From Candidatus Wolfebacteria bacterium GW2011_GWE2_44_13 (lineage in GTDB: Bacteria > Patescibacteriota > Minisyncoccia > UBA6257 > UBA9933), in contig LCHW01000001.1 in the NCBI GenBank assembly GCA_001000675.1, positions 360,875-424,874 of the forward strand: a stretch of 64,000 nucleotides of DNA, in the 5' to 3' direction. The position numbers and the translations under genes were made by a program. Each line of letters starts with the position of its first letter. The first letter of the stretch is position 1. Shown one piece after another: positions 37,753 through 47,050 of this stretch. The notes under the pieces were generated by a model. The model was not told the DNA's origin, searched no databases, and worked only from the letters and a program-made list of their open reading frames with translations.

Positions 37753-38436
37753 ATGACTAGCGAACCGCAATATTACGAGCTAACCGACGAACTTATTCAA
37801 GATGGTTATTTAAAGACCCCCGAGCTTATCGAATCATTTGAGCACATCGATCGTGCCGATTTTGTTCCCGACGACCAAAAAGAATTTGCTCATTGCAATA
37901 CGCCGCTTGCCATTGGATTTAATCAAACGATTTCACAACCACTCTCAGTGGCTTTTATGCTTGAGCTGTTACAACCAAAAGCAGGGGAACATATTCTTGA
38001 TATTGGCGCAGGGAGCGGATGGCAAACGGCCATCTTAGCAGATGTGGTGAGTAAAAAAACTGCAGAGGGAACGGGCGTTGCTACTGATAGTGAGTTGTCG
38101 CTTGGTTCTGTGGTTGCTGTTGAGCGAGTGCCTGAGCTAAAAGCCTTTTCCGAAGTTAATATCGATAAGTACGGATTTATTCGACAAAATATTGCACAAG
38201 TTGTTTTAGGGGATGGCACAAAAGGGTATAAAAACAGCGCTCCCTACGACAAGATTATTGCATCAGCAAGCTCAGAAGGCGATGTCCCGGTGTTGTGGAA
38301 GCGACAGTTAAAAATTGGAGGACGTATCGTTGCTCCAGTTGGTAGTAGTATTGTTGTTATCGATAAAATTTCAAAATTGAAATATACAAAGAAAGAATAT
38401 TTTGGATTTAACTTCACGCCACTAGTAGTCTCGTAA
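37753..38436 (+). CDS. pcm: Protein-L-isoaspartate O-methyltransferase (with an internal insertion).
   Basis: ISQPLSVAFMLELL and the SAM-binding motif LDIGAGSGWQTAILA. Confidence 0.7.
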   Translation: MTSEPQYYELTDELIQDGYLKTPELIESFEHIDRADFVPDDQKEFAHCNTPLAIGFNQTISQPLSVAFMLELLQPKAGEHILDIGAGSGWQTAILADVVSKKTAEGTGVATDSELSLGSVVAVERVPELKAFSEVNIDKYGFIRQNIAQVVLGDGTKGYKNSAPYDKIIASASSEGDVPVLWKRQLKIGGRIVAPVGSSIVVIDKISKLKYTKKEYFGFNFTPLVVS

Positions 38437-38466
38437 AAGTAAAAAATTCTTAAACAACAACCCACC

Positions 38467-41400
38467 ATGAAAGAGAAAAAACCTATCATAAAAACACCCG
38501 CTTCAGATAATCCGTACGAGGTCTTTCTTTCGCCGGAAAAACTTGCAGAGAAGCGTGCAAAGCAAGCGGAATTGGCGCGCGCCGAGGTGGCAGAGCAATC
38601 TCAAGAAGAAGTGGAGCAACCACAACAACTAGTGACAACTACAGAAGAATCGATGGAAGAAACAAAAAGCGAAACAATCGTACGTGAACAAACCGTTGCG
38701 GATGCTGAATCGTTTACGCCGGAGGAGAAAAAAATGACCGCTACGGAAATGCGGGAAGCGCGCGAACGTGAAGAGGAGGGAATCGCCGCGCTTGCGCAGG
38801 ATCTTTTTGAAAAACGTATGCAAGGCCATGGGGCAGAAATGGTTGACGCAATATTGATAGAAAATGGGATTACGCCCTGGACTCCCGAAGCGGAGGAGTT
38901 TATGCGCAAATGGGATTGGGAGCAAGCAGCGGCAAAACTCGCTCCTATTGAACAGGATCGACAGACAGCGATTGAGCAGGTCAATGGAATTGAACCGAAA
39001 AAGCTTATTGAGTTATCTGAGAAAGAAGAGGGTGTTATTGCTGTGCAGCTCGCTCAATTTAATATGCAGCCCGCTGACTTAGAGCAGATAAGCGGATTTG
39101 ATACATTGTCCTATGGGCAACGACTTCTTGTGATTGAAAATTTGCGACAAGCTACGCTCGGGCGCATTCAAGAGGAGGCTACTGACAGGCATCGTGCTGA
39201 AGTTGCTGGTGCTGCATGGTACGGTAAAATTTGGCGTAATGCATTTTCTAAATTACGTATTGCGAAGCATGAAAAAGAGACTGCACAAGAAATAATGCAA
39301 GGTGGGCTAGCGCATCATCGAGAGGTGCTTGCGCAACTAACAACGGGCGCAGAAAATATGGGCCTCGATGTTCTTGTTGAAAAAGACGGCTCGTTGACGG
39401 TTCAATATTTAGGAAAAAATGAATTATTGAGCCCAGCTGAACAAGAGCAGGTGGCTAAGTTTAATACTGCTGCTCAAAAGTTTAGCACCGTTCCCGCTGA
39501 GTGGTCGTTTGCACCTGAAGGATCAAAAGAATATAAGGAATATACAAAAGCATTTCAAGAATTCGATCAATTTAAGCGAACGCTCCTCGCTACGGAAGGA
39601 AATATTTTTGGCGAGAAGAACGCGATGCATGCGATGTCCAACGCAGATTTTAAGATTCGCAGTAATCAATTTTTTAATACGCACCCTGATGCAATGAAGG
39701 AGTTGGTTGCGATTAAGTCCGACGCAATTTGGACTCGTGGACTAGGGGATATGTTTAAGGAGCGTGGAGCGCAAACATCCCTTGGGTATATTGGACGCGC
39801 CATGGGTGCGAGCTTGCTTGGGAAAGCAGCTGCATTACCTATTGTTGGAGGGGTTATTGGTATGTTTATGGCGCGCAAACGCGCGAAGGAGTCATTGCAT
39901 ACGCAAGAACGACAGATGCGCGGCGGAAAAAATGTTGATGCGCGTTTTGCGGATATGATGTACACCACTGTTCCTGCTACTACGCTCGGCGAAAAGCTTG
40001 AACGTGCATTACATGCTGTTTCTACGAGTGAGCCAGATTCAGAACAACACAAGAAAGCGCTTGCAACACTACGTGCGCGTCTTGAGTATAGTCAATTTAA
40101 ACTGGAAGAAGGGCGGATTGATTTCGGAAGTCGCGAAGTGCATACAGGCAACCAATATGATCTATTTGATAAAATAGGCGCTGGTTTTGCATTGCTTGAA
40201 CAAACTGCTATTACGGACGAATTGGAAAGTGAAGAGAAGGCGGGTAAGCGATTTAATCGGCTGGATAAAATGTTCACTGCGGAACAAAATACGGTAGAGG
40301 ATTTGCGACGCATATATAAAAATAAAGAGATGCTCAAGGGTATGGCGATTGGGGCTACCTTTTCTATCGTTGGTTATCTTATTGCCGATACGCTTGCGGG
40401 CACTGGAAATGCGCATGCAGCAACCGGACCGGAGAGTGTGCCTGCAATTAAAAAATCCATCAATCTAGCCGGCGAACCGGGAGCGCATACTGCGCGAGTT
40501 AACGGTGTCGCAGGCGCTGTTGGAAAAGTTGCTGCGCTGTCTTCAGTTGGGGAAAAGGTAGGAGGTGGGGTGGCGAATGTGGCTGCTACTGAGTCTGCTT
40601 CACTAAACTTTGTTGAAGGTGGCAATATCGCAGCTGCAACGACTGAACAAAGCGAGATAAGCGGCGCAGGTGCTGCAGGGAAGGTTGCCGCATTGTCGGC
40701 AGTTGGAGAGCAGGCGAATGTGGCTACCCCTGAATCTGCACCACTAAATTTTGTTGAGGGTGGTAATATTGCAGCTGCGCAAGAAACTATCCCGACCGTT
40801 GCGACTATTGGTGCGCGCGGCGCAGAGGGTTCGATTATTGATACGTTGAAAACAAACCCTGAACTTGCGAAAAAACTTGGATGGGACGGCGTGACCGATC
40901 TAAAAGAGTGGTCTGGTAAGGAAGCGCACGCGCTTTGGCTTGCTGATGCAAAAGAGCAACTTGCAAAGCCAGAGATGATCGAGAAATTAAAAAATGCAGG
41001 GTATACGCCTGATGCAAAGGGCTATGCGGAAGCTATGCAACATATTGCGAAGGGTTCAATTGCAATTGACCCCATTACAAAGACGATTAATTTAGAGAAT
41101 ATCGAATTTGTTAAAGCTCGCGTTACCGTGATCCCTTCAGTTGTGCCAGTGGAACAACCTGTTGCCGCCCCACAAATTGTGAGTGGGCATGCAGTAGAGG
41201 ATAGTCTTCCTAAGACGGCTATACCTGTAGCTGTAGCTCCGCAAATCGTTGGTGGGAGTGAAGCTGTCGCTGAAGCCGTAGCCCCGCAAATTGTAAGTGG
41301 AAGCGCTGTTGAAACAGTTACTGCTCCTGCCCCTACTGCAGAAGCTGAACTAACAAAAACAGAAGCTGTCACAAGTGCACCTGTAAATAAGGAAGCTGTT

Positions 41401-41760
41401 GCAGCGCCAAAGTCACCCGTAGTTGCTCAAGAGTTAGTTGCAACGCCAACATCCGAAATACTGCATTCTTCTGCGCCTATCGTAAACCCAGAGCGAATTG
41501 CCCTTTTGGAGGCTAATATCAATACTGATCGTACAAACGCAGCATCGCATATCGTTGACCATTATAAAGCTGGAGATATAACTGCACAAGATTTTACGGC
41601 ATATTATGCTGGAATGGTAAACGGAGTTCGTAATGATGAACAAACAATTACGCGTGTGCAACAGTTGTTCCAGAGTGTAATAGCAGGAGCAAGTCCAGAA
41701 ATTAAAACCAATGCAATGGGGGAGTTAACGAAAATTGTTAAACAATTGCAAAAAACTTAA
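38467..41760 (+). CDS. Giant (1097 aa) hypothetical envelope protein: acidic coiled-coil N-terminus, central TM segments, and internal tandem repeats.
   Basis: E-rich N-terminus. Hydrophobic segments around residues 440-470 and 620-640. Duplicated block roughly 130 bp long (40480-40790, GKVAALSxVGE..NVA..ESAxLNFVEGGNIAAA), and a triple APQIV[SG]G repeat around 41150-41310. Confidence 0.5.
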   Translation: MKEKKPIIKTPASDNPYEVFLSPEKLAEKRAKQAELARAEVAEQSQEEVEQPQQLVTTTEESMEETKSETIVREQTVADAESFTPEEKKMTATEMREAREREEEGIAALAQDLFEKRMQGHGAEMVDAILIENGITPWTPEAEEFMRKWDWEQAAAKLAPIEQDRQTAIEQVNGIEPKKLIELSEKEEGVIAVQLAQFNMQPADLEQISGFDTLSYGQRLLVIENLRQATLGRIQEEATDRHRAEVAGAAWYGKIWRNAFSKLRIAKHEKETAQEIMQGGLAHHREVLAQLTTGAENMGLDVLVEKDGSLTVQYLGKNELLSPAEQEQVAKFNTAAQKFSTVPAEWSFAPEGSKEYKEYTKAFQEFDQFKRTLLATEGNIFGEKNAMHAMSNADFKIRSNQFFNTHPDAMKELVAIKSDAIWTRGLGDMFKERGAQTSLGYIGRAMGASLLGKAAALPIVGGVIGMFMARKRAKESLHTQERQMRGGKNVDARFADMMYTTVPATTLGEKLERALHAVSTSEPDSEQHKKALATLRARLEYSQFKLEEGRIDFGSREVHTGNQYDLFDKIGAGFALLEQTAITDELESEEKAGKRFNRLDKMFTAEQNTVEDLRRIYKNKEMLKGMAIGATFSIVGYLIADTLAGTGNAHAATGPESVPAIKKSINLAGEPGAHTARVNGVAGAVGKVAALSSVGEKVGGGVANVAATESASLNFVEGGNIAAATTEQSEISGAGAAGKVAALSAVGEQANVATPESAPLNFVEGGNIAAAQETIPTVATIGARGAEGSIIDTLKTNPELAKKLGWDGVTDLKEWSGKEAHALWLADAKEQLAKPEMIEKLKNAGYTPDAKGYAEAMQHIAKGSIAIDPITKTINLENIEFVKARVTVIPSVVPVEQPVAAPQIVSGHAVEDSLPKTAIPVAVAPQIVGGSEAVAEAVAPQIVSGSAVETVTAPAPTAEAELTKTEAVTSAPVNKEAVAAPKSPVVAQELVATPTSEILHSSAPIVNPERIALLEANINTDRTNAASHIVDHYKAGDITAQDFTAYYAGMVNGVRNDEQTITRVQQLFQSVIAGASPEIKTNAMGELTKIVKQLQKT

Positions 41761-41919
41761 AAAAGTAAGTAAAAATGCGCCTTCAGGCGCATTTTTACTG
41801 TGCGCAAGAGGTGGCTGAAGCCATTGACAGTTTTTATAAAATATGTTAAATAAAGTACAGCCCTTAATGAAATTTGCATATAGTTAGTTAACCTCTAGCC
41901 AAAAGAAAAGGAGATCCCC

Positions 41920-42831
41920 ATGAGAAATTCATGGATTGTGTTGGCCCTGATGCTTGCAGTCGCAACTTTAACTGGTTGCGCTGCTACTAAGGATCGGATT
42001 GTGTACGTCGCCTATAACCCAGCGCAAGTTGGGCAGGCGGCTGTACAGCAACCACAACCGTCTCAACCCGCTGCAGCGGCGCCGCAGAAAGAAGTGCCGC
42101 GGTATGCAGCACCTGTTCCAGGGCGGCACTATCTCGACATCGGGGTGAACCCGGTTAACGAGAACCGGCCACTTGGCCCGGGTGAGAGACTCCTCACATT
42201 GGCTGAGGACGCTGAAGTTGTCACGCAATCACGGAAGGGGACAATCTCTCGAGGTTGGCTGCGCGCTGGCGAACAGGTGTTCGCCGTACTGGCGTCAGAC
42301 CCGAGATATTGGGAGGTTGTGGCAATTAAACGCTGTGGCAATCCGATACTGAATCGGGCCCACGGTGTGGGACCGGTCTGGATTCTGGAAAACAAGCCAG
42401 CGCCGGTTGCTCAGCCCGTTGTTGCTCCGCCGCCTGCGGCAGTGAAGGCACTTCCTCCCGTAATTGTGGGGGGGCAGCAGGCAGGGTTGACGTTCTATCA
42501 GCCCGCGGGCGAAGAACCTGTGCCCCTCTGCGAAGGCAAAGACCGGAGCAGGTGGGGGCCGATCATTGGAGGCTTGCTTGGCCTGGGGGTTGGGGTTGCG
42601 ACTCATAATCCGCTACTCGGCCTAGCCATTTCCGGTGGCGGGTCACTTGCTGGAGCATACAGCGATGGGTGCATCGACCCGAACGATGCCATGATAGCAT
42701 TGTTTTTCGCTGGAGCGGGGTACGGCTTAACGCAGCCTTCCTCTAGTGGGGGCGGTGGAAGCAATTCCGGCGGCCCCGCGCAGCTTCCTGGTAACGGGGG
42801 TGGCGGCCCTGGGGGTGTCCCGGGGGGCTAA
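41920..42831 (+). CDS. Gly/Pro-rich lipoprotein; strongly GC-elevated.
   Basis: Signal peptide plus lipobox LTGC. By eye the GC is around 60%, against the low 40s of the host. A GC-rich terminator ggaggggtgacttgttcgcccctcc follows. Confidence 0.5.
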   Translation: MRNSWIVLALMLAVATLTGCAATKDRIVYVAYNPAQVGQAAVQQPQPSQPAAAAPQKEVPRYAAPVPGRHYLDIGVNPVNENRPLGPGERLLTLAEDAEVVTQSRKGTISRGWLRAGEQVFAVLASDPRYWEVVAIKRCGNPILNRAHGVGPVWILENKPAPVAQPVVAPPPAAVKALPPVIVGGQQAGLTFYQPAGEEPVPLCEGKDRSRWGPIIGGLLGLGVGVATHNPLLGLAISGGGSLAGAYSDGCIDPNDAMIALFFAGAGYGLTQPSSSGGGGSNSGGPAQLPGNGGGGPGGVPGG

Positions 42832-43079
42832 ACTATATGCGCGTTTTGGAGGGGTGACTTGTTCGCCCCTCCCTCTTTTACAGTCTCGTACCGCATGGCA
42901 GTGGTAGGGTGTTGTAAAAGGGGATTGTTCTTGCAAAAAGCAAGAATTTGGCTACACTAACAACATAAGAAGGGGTGAGAGATGCTATTGACAAAATTGG
43001 CAAATTCTGCTTTACTATAGATATAAAAAAGAGCCCGCATGTAGACATGCGGGAATGAAACGTAATATATTATAACACT

Positions 43080-45515
43080 ATGACAAACATTATTAAAAAA
43101 ATTACAGTCGCATTGTTGAGCATAACCGCAGTCGCGGGTGTATTTGCTCCAGTTGCGAGCGTTTCTGCTGCGACATTTAATACGAGTGCAAACGATTATC
43201 CAACATTGCAAATTTCAAACTATACGCGTAATCCGGAGAGTAATGTTAACTGGTCTAACGCAGTGGCTGCAAACGCGGGAGAGGTTGTTAGCTTTCTTGT
43301 GTATTATCACAACACTGCATCGGATACTGCAAACGGAACAACGGTTCGTGTGCAGCTTCCAACAGGAGCGTTTACTACTACAACTATAACGGGTGGCGTG
43401 AGCGCATCAAATGCTTCTACTGTAAACGGCAACGTTTCCGTCAATCTTTCGTCTAGCCAAACGATGACCTTTATACCAGGGTCAGTAAGTTGGTATCCAA
43501 ATAAAAGTGCTACTCCGCGCGCATTGTTGAATGGACAGAGTGGCAGCGAGGTTGTTTCTGGAGGTCTTTCCGTTGGAAATATTGCCGGTGGATGGGCAAG
43601 CCAAGGGTACGTTACTTTTCGGGCGCAGGTAAATAACAGCGGAGGCACAGGGGGTGGAAATAACGGAACAGTTGCTTCTGTTTCAACTAACTCAGCTGTT
43701 TCTATTGGTCAGAATTATGCAACCCTACAGGGGAATGCTAACCCAAATAATTCCAACACAACGGTTTGGTTTGAGTATGGAACATCGCAGTCGTTCGGTA
43801 ACACAGCTGGTAACCAGACGATTGGTTCAGGCGCTGCGTCAACGAACGTTTCTGCCTATGTGCAAAACCTTTCTTCGAACACGACCTATTATTATCGTGC
43901 TGTTGCGCAAAATTCTTACGGAACTACCTATGGTAATACATTAAGCTTTACTACTCAGCCATTTAATAATGGCGGAGGAAATAACAATGGATCTGTTGCA
44001 TTTGTTACAACTAATCCTGCTACTGCAGTTGCCTATAACAACGCCGTATTAAATGGTTCGGTTAACCCGAACAATTCCAATACAAGTGTGTGGTTCGAAT
44101 ATGGAACGACACAGTCGTTTGGGAACACTGCGGGAAGCCAGACGCTTGGGTCAAGTAACTATACGACAACCATCACTGGATATGCGTATAACCTTACGCC
44201 AAATACGACTTATTATTATCGTGTTGTTGGACAAAATTCATCGGGAACAACGTATGGCAACACATTGAACTTTACGACACAGTCTTCTGGTTATAATACC
44301 AGTGGCAATACGCCGCTTGTATACACTAACGCTGCTAACTCTGTTACGACAAATTCCGCAACATTTAATGGGTCGGTGAACCCAAACAATAGCTATGCGA
44401 ATGCTTGGTTTGAATATGGTATGACCCAGTCATTGGGATATACTACGGGATATCAGGCAATCGGATCGAGCAATTACGCAACCACATTAACGGGAAGCGT
44501 AACTAGTCTTGCATCGAATACCACCTATTATTATCGTGCCGTTGCACAAAATTCTTATGGAACTACCTATGGTAATACGCTGAGCTTTACCACAGGAGGT
44601 TCTTCGACGAACACCTCTGGTATCGCGCCATATGTTACAACACGAGCTGCGCAGTCAGTATTCCGTAACTCTGCTTTGATTGATAGCTCAGTAAACCCGA
44701 ATGGTTCATTGGGAACTTCTTGGTTTGATTGGGGTGCAACCACCGCATTTGGCAGCCGAACAATTATTAGACCGATTGGCCAGGCTAATTATGCCGATAA
44801 TCATTCTGCAATTTTGAGCGGATTGAATGCGGGGACTACGTATTACTATCGTGCTGTTGCACAAAATGCATACGGAACAACGTATGGTAATACCCTTACC
44901 CTTACAACAACTGCGGATTCGATTGTGCCTGTTGTGATTAATAATCCAACACCCGTACAGCCACGCGTTATTGTGCAGCAGACTGCTTCTGGCGTCGCTC
45001 CGACCGTTACCCTAACACCGTCGATTGATAAAAAGAATCCACGGGGAGGTGACGAGATTGAATACACAATTCAGTATCGCAATGAAATGGCGAGCCCAAT
45101 CACAAACGTAACGTTAAGGGTTGAGTTGCCAAGTGAAGTAACATATGACACCGCAACGCTGAAGCCAAGTGTTTCAACGGATAACTCTGTCACATTTGAT
45201 TTAGGAACGATTACTGCAAATACACAGGGAGTCATTACAATCAAAGCAATCGTTAATCGAACTATTGATGCTGAAGATACATTAATCTTTGGTGCAACGA
45301 TTAACTACACGAACGCACGAAATCAATTCCAGTCTGCAACTGCATACCTTACTGTATTAGTAGGATCAGGTGTCGCGGGGTTGGCATCCCTTATAAGTGT
45401 ATTCGGTAATTTGTTCTCTTATTGGTTTGTCGATCTTATCCTTGGTTTGTTGATTGGTTTTGGAATATATCATTTCTTTGTTCGACAAAAAGAGGAAGAT
45501 GTATTGGTAAAGTAA
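43080..45515 (+). CDS. Large (811 aa) surface protein with four tandem Ig/FN3-like repeats of about 105 aa, a DUF11-like domain and a C-terminal TM anchor.
   Basis: Signal peptide. Repeats each end in TTYYYRAVAQNSYGTTYGNTLSFTT, and the underlying repeats are visible at the DNA level across roughly 43660-44900. Hydrophobic C-terminal anchor. Confidence 0.55.
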   Translation: MTNIIKKITVALLSITAVAGVFAPVASVSAATFNTSANDYPTLQISNYTRNPESNVNWSNAVAANAGEVVSFLVYYHNTASDTANGTTVRVQLPTGAFTTTTITGGVSASNASTVNGNVSVNLSSSQTMTFIPGSVSWYPNKSATPRALLNGQSGSEVVSGGLSVGNIAGGWASQGYVTFRAQVNNSGGTGGGNNGTVASVSTNSAVSIGQNYATLQGNANPNNSNTTVWFEYGTSQSFGNTAGNQTIGSGAASTNVSAYVQNLSSNTTYYYRAVAQNSYGTTYGNTLSFTTQPFNNGGGNNNGSVAFVTTNPATAVAYNNAVLNGSVNPNNSNTSVWFEYGTTQSFGNTAGSQTLGSSNYTTTITGYAYNLTPNTTYYYRVVGQNSSGTTYGNTLNFTTQSSGYNTSGNTPLVYTNAANSVTTNSATFNGSVNPNNSYANAWFEYGMTQSLGYTTGYQAIGSSNYATTLTGSVTSLASNTTYYYRAVAQNSYGTTYGNTLSFTTGGSSTNTSGIAPYVTTRAAQSVFRNSALIDSSVNPNGSLGTSWFDWGATTAFGSRTIIRPIGQANYADNHSAILSGLNAGTTYYYRAVAQNAYGTTYGNTLTLTTTADSIVPVVINNPTPVQPRVIVQQTASGVAPTVTLTPSIDKKNPRGGDEIEYTIQYRNEMASPITNVTLRVELPSEVTYDTATLKPSVSTDNSVTFDLGTITANTQGVITIKAIVNRTIDAEDTLIFGATINYTNARNQFQSATAYLTVLVGSGVAGLASLISVFGNLFSYWFVDLILGLLIGFGIYHFFVRQKEEDVLVK

Positions 45516-45643
45516 GCGAATATATTTCGTATAAAAATCCCGCCACTAAGCGGGATTTTTATACGGAGAAAACTTGCTTTATCTATTAATGTGTTGTTTA
45601 ATAATTACAGCAACATTCATTCTTTATTACCGAAAAGGAGGGG

Positions 45644-46231
45644 TTGACGATGCAGAATTTTAAGGTGTTTTTACTGGCTTTGTGCTGCGTAGTTATCGGT
45701 GCGACATGCGCATGCGCGTACGAGAAAGAGTTTATCGGCAGGGCGTATGTCATTACCGTTGTTTTCTCGGACTTCACGGTTCATGTCTATGACCCTGAAG
45801 GAATCGAACTTTTCTTTTCTGCGGTGGCATTGCCGCGGAAAACGCCAAAGCTTCCGATCGAAGGGCGGCTTCTCCGAATAGAACGAAATCCGGCTTGGTA
45901 TCCAACCAAGAATATCAAGGCATATGTTTTAAAGACGCAAAAAATTGTTTTGCCTGATATCGTTCCTCCTGGACCGGATAATCCGATGGGGCCAGTGAAG
46001 TTCACTTTTGAATTCTTCACGCCCGGAGCTGATCAACTCAGCAAGATGCATGGGACGAATAGTCCACGCTCTATCGGGAAAAAAGCAACAGCAGGATGTA
46101 TCCGATTGTATAATGAGGAAATTCTTGCAGTCGCGGATCTCATCGAACCTTTTCTTCTCGATGGCGAGGAAATTCGCATTCGTTACGTTAATCGTTTTGA
46201 TGACAATGATGCGCTGGTTGCTCATCGGTAA
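45644..46231 (+). CDS. L,D-transpeptidase (YkuD) domain protein.
   Basis: Signal peptide. Catalytic motif HGTNSPRSIGKKATAGCIRL. Confidence 0.6.
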   Translation: MTMQNFKVFLLALCCVVIGATCACAYEKEFIGRAYVITVVFSDFTVHVYDPEGIELFFSAVALPRKTPKLPIEGRLLRIERNPAWYPTKNIKAYVLKTQKIVLPDIVPPGPDNPMGPVKFTFEFFTPGADQLSKMHGTNSPRSIGKKATAGCIRLYNEEILAVADLIEPFLLDGEEIRIRYVNRFDDNDALVAHR

Positions 46232-46306
46232 TACGTTTGCGTACGGGCGGGGATTTATCCCCGCTTTTTTGAACACACACACTATTTATAGTATAGTAAT
46301 TACATC

Positions 46307-47008
46307 ATGAGGCTACATAGATTTATTGGTAATTTTGATTGCTCACAAGACACGATTGTTATTGCTGAGGCGGAGGTTGTTAATCAAATACTCCGCGTAT
46401 TGCGGCTTACGGTTGGAGATCGGTTTATTCTTGGTGATGGTAATGCAAATGAATGTATTGTCGAGATAAGCGACCGACAAAAAGAACAGCTTACGACTAC
46501 TGTTATTGAGCGTTCTGTGAACACTGCTGAGCCCGCTGTTGCGGCTGTTTTGTATTGTGCTATTTTAAAGCGAGAAAATTTTGAACTCGTCGTACAAAAA
46601 GCAACTGAAATTGGTGTTCGTGAAATTGTTCCGCTGATTACGCAACGTACGGTTAAATTAGATATTAAAGAAGAACGCTTACGAAAGATAATCACAGAGG
46701 CTGCGGAGCAATCGGGGAGAGGAAGAGTGCCGATGCTTCGCCAAGCAATGTCCTTCGCCGATGCTCTTGTTGATGCGCAAAGAAATGACGTTAACTTTTT
46801 CTTTGATATTAGCGATGTGGTTGCTGAAGAAGGTGTTATTGGCGATGCTATGCGACGCGGATTGTTTGTTGGTCCGGAGGGGGGATGGAGCTATGACGAA
46901 GTGCTTGCGGCCCGCGCAGCTGGGTGTCATATTATTTCGCTTGGTGCGCTCACATTTCGTGCGGAGACAGCCGCTATCATTGCCTCTTATCTTGGGACAC
47001 GCCCGTAA
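46307..47008 (+). CDS. rsmE: 16S rRNA (uracil1498-N3)-methyltransferase.
   Basis: MRLHRF start, a PUA-like N-terminus and the SPOUT knot motif LFVGPEGGWSYDEV. Confidence 0.7.
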   Translation: MRLHRFIGNFDCSQDTIVIAEAEVVNQILRVLRLTVGDRFILGDGNANECIVEISDRQKEQLTTTVIERSVNTAEPAVAAVLYCAILKRENFELVVQKATEIGVREIVPLITQRTVKLDIKEERLRKIITEAAEQSGRGRVPMLRQAMSFADALVDAQRNDVNFFFDISDVVAEEGVIGDAMRRGLFVGPEGGWSYDEVLAARAAGCHIISLGALTFRAETAAIIASYLGTRP

Positions 47009-47050
47009 TACTTGCATTTCATGGTATAATCATGTATAGCAAGAAGCGAC

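Noticed and set aside
43660-44900. Tandem DNA repeats considered as a CRISPR or satellite array.
   Set aside because: The repeats are about 315-330 bp, are in-frame coding units of the 811-aa surface protein, and have no spacer/repeat architecture.
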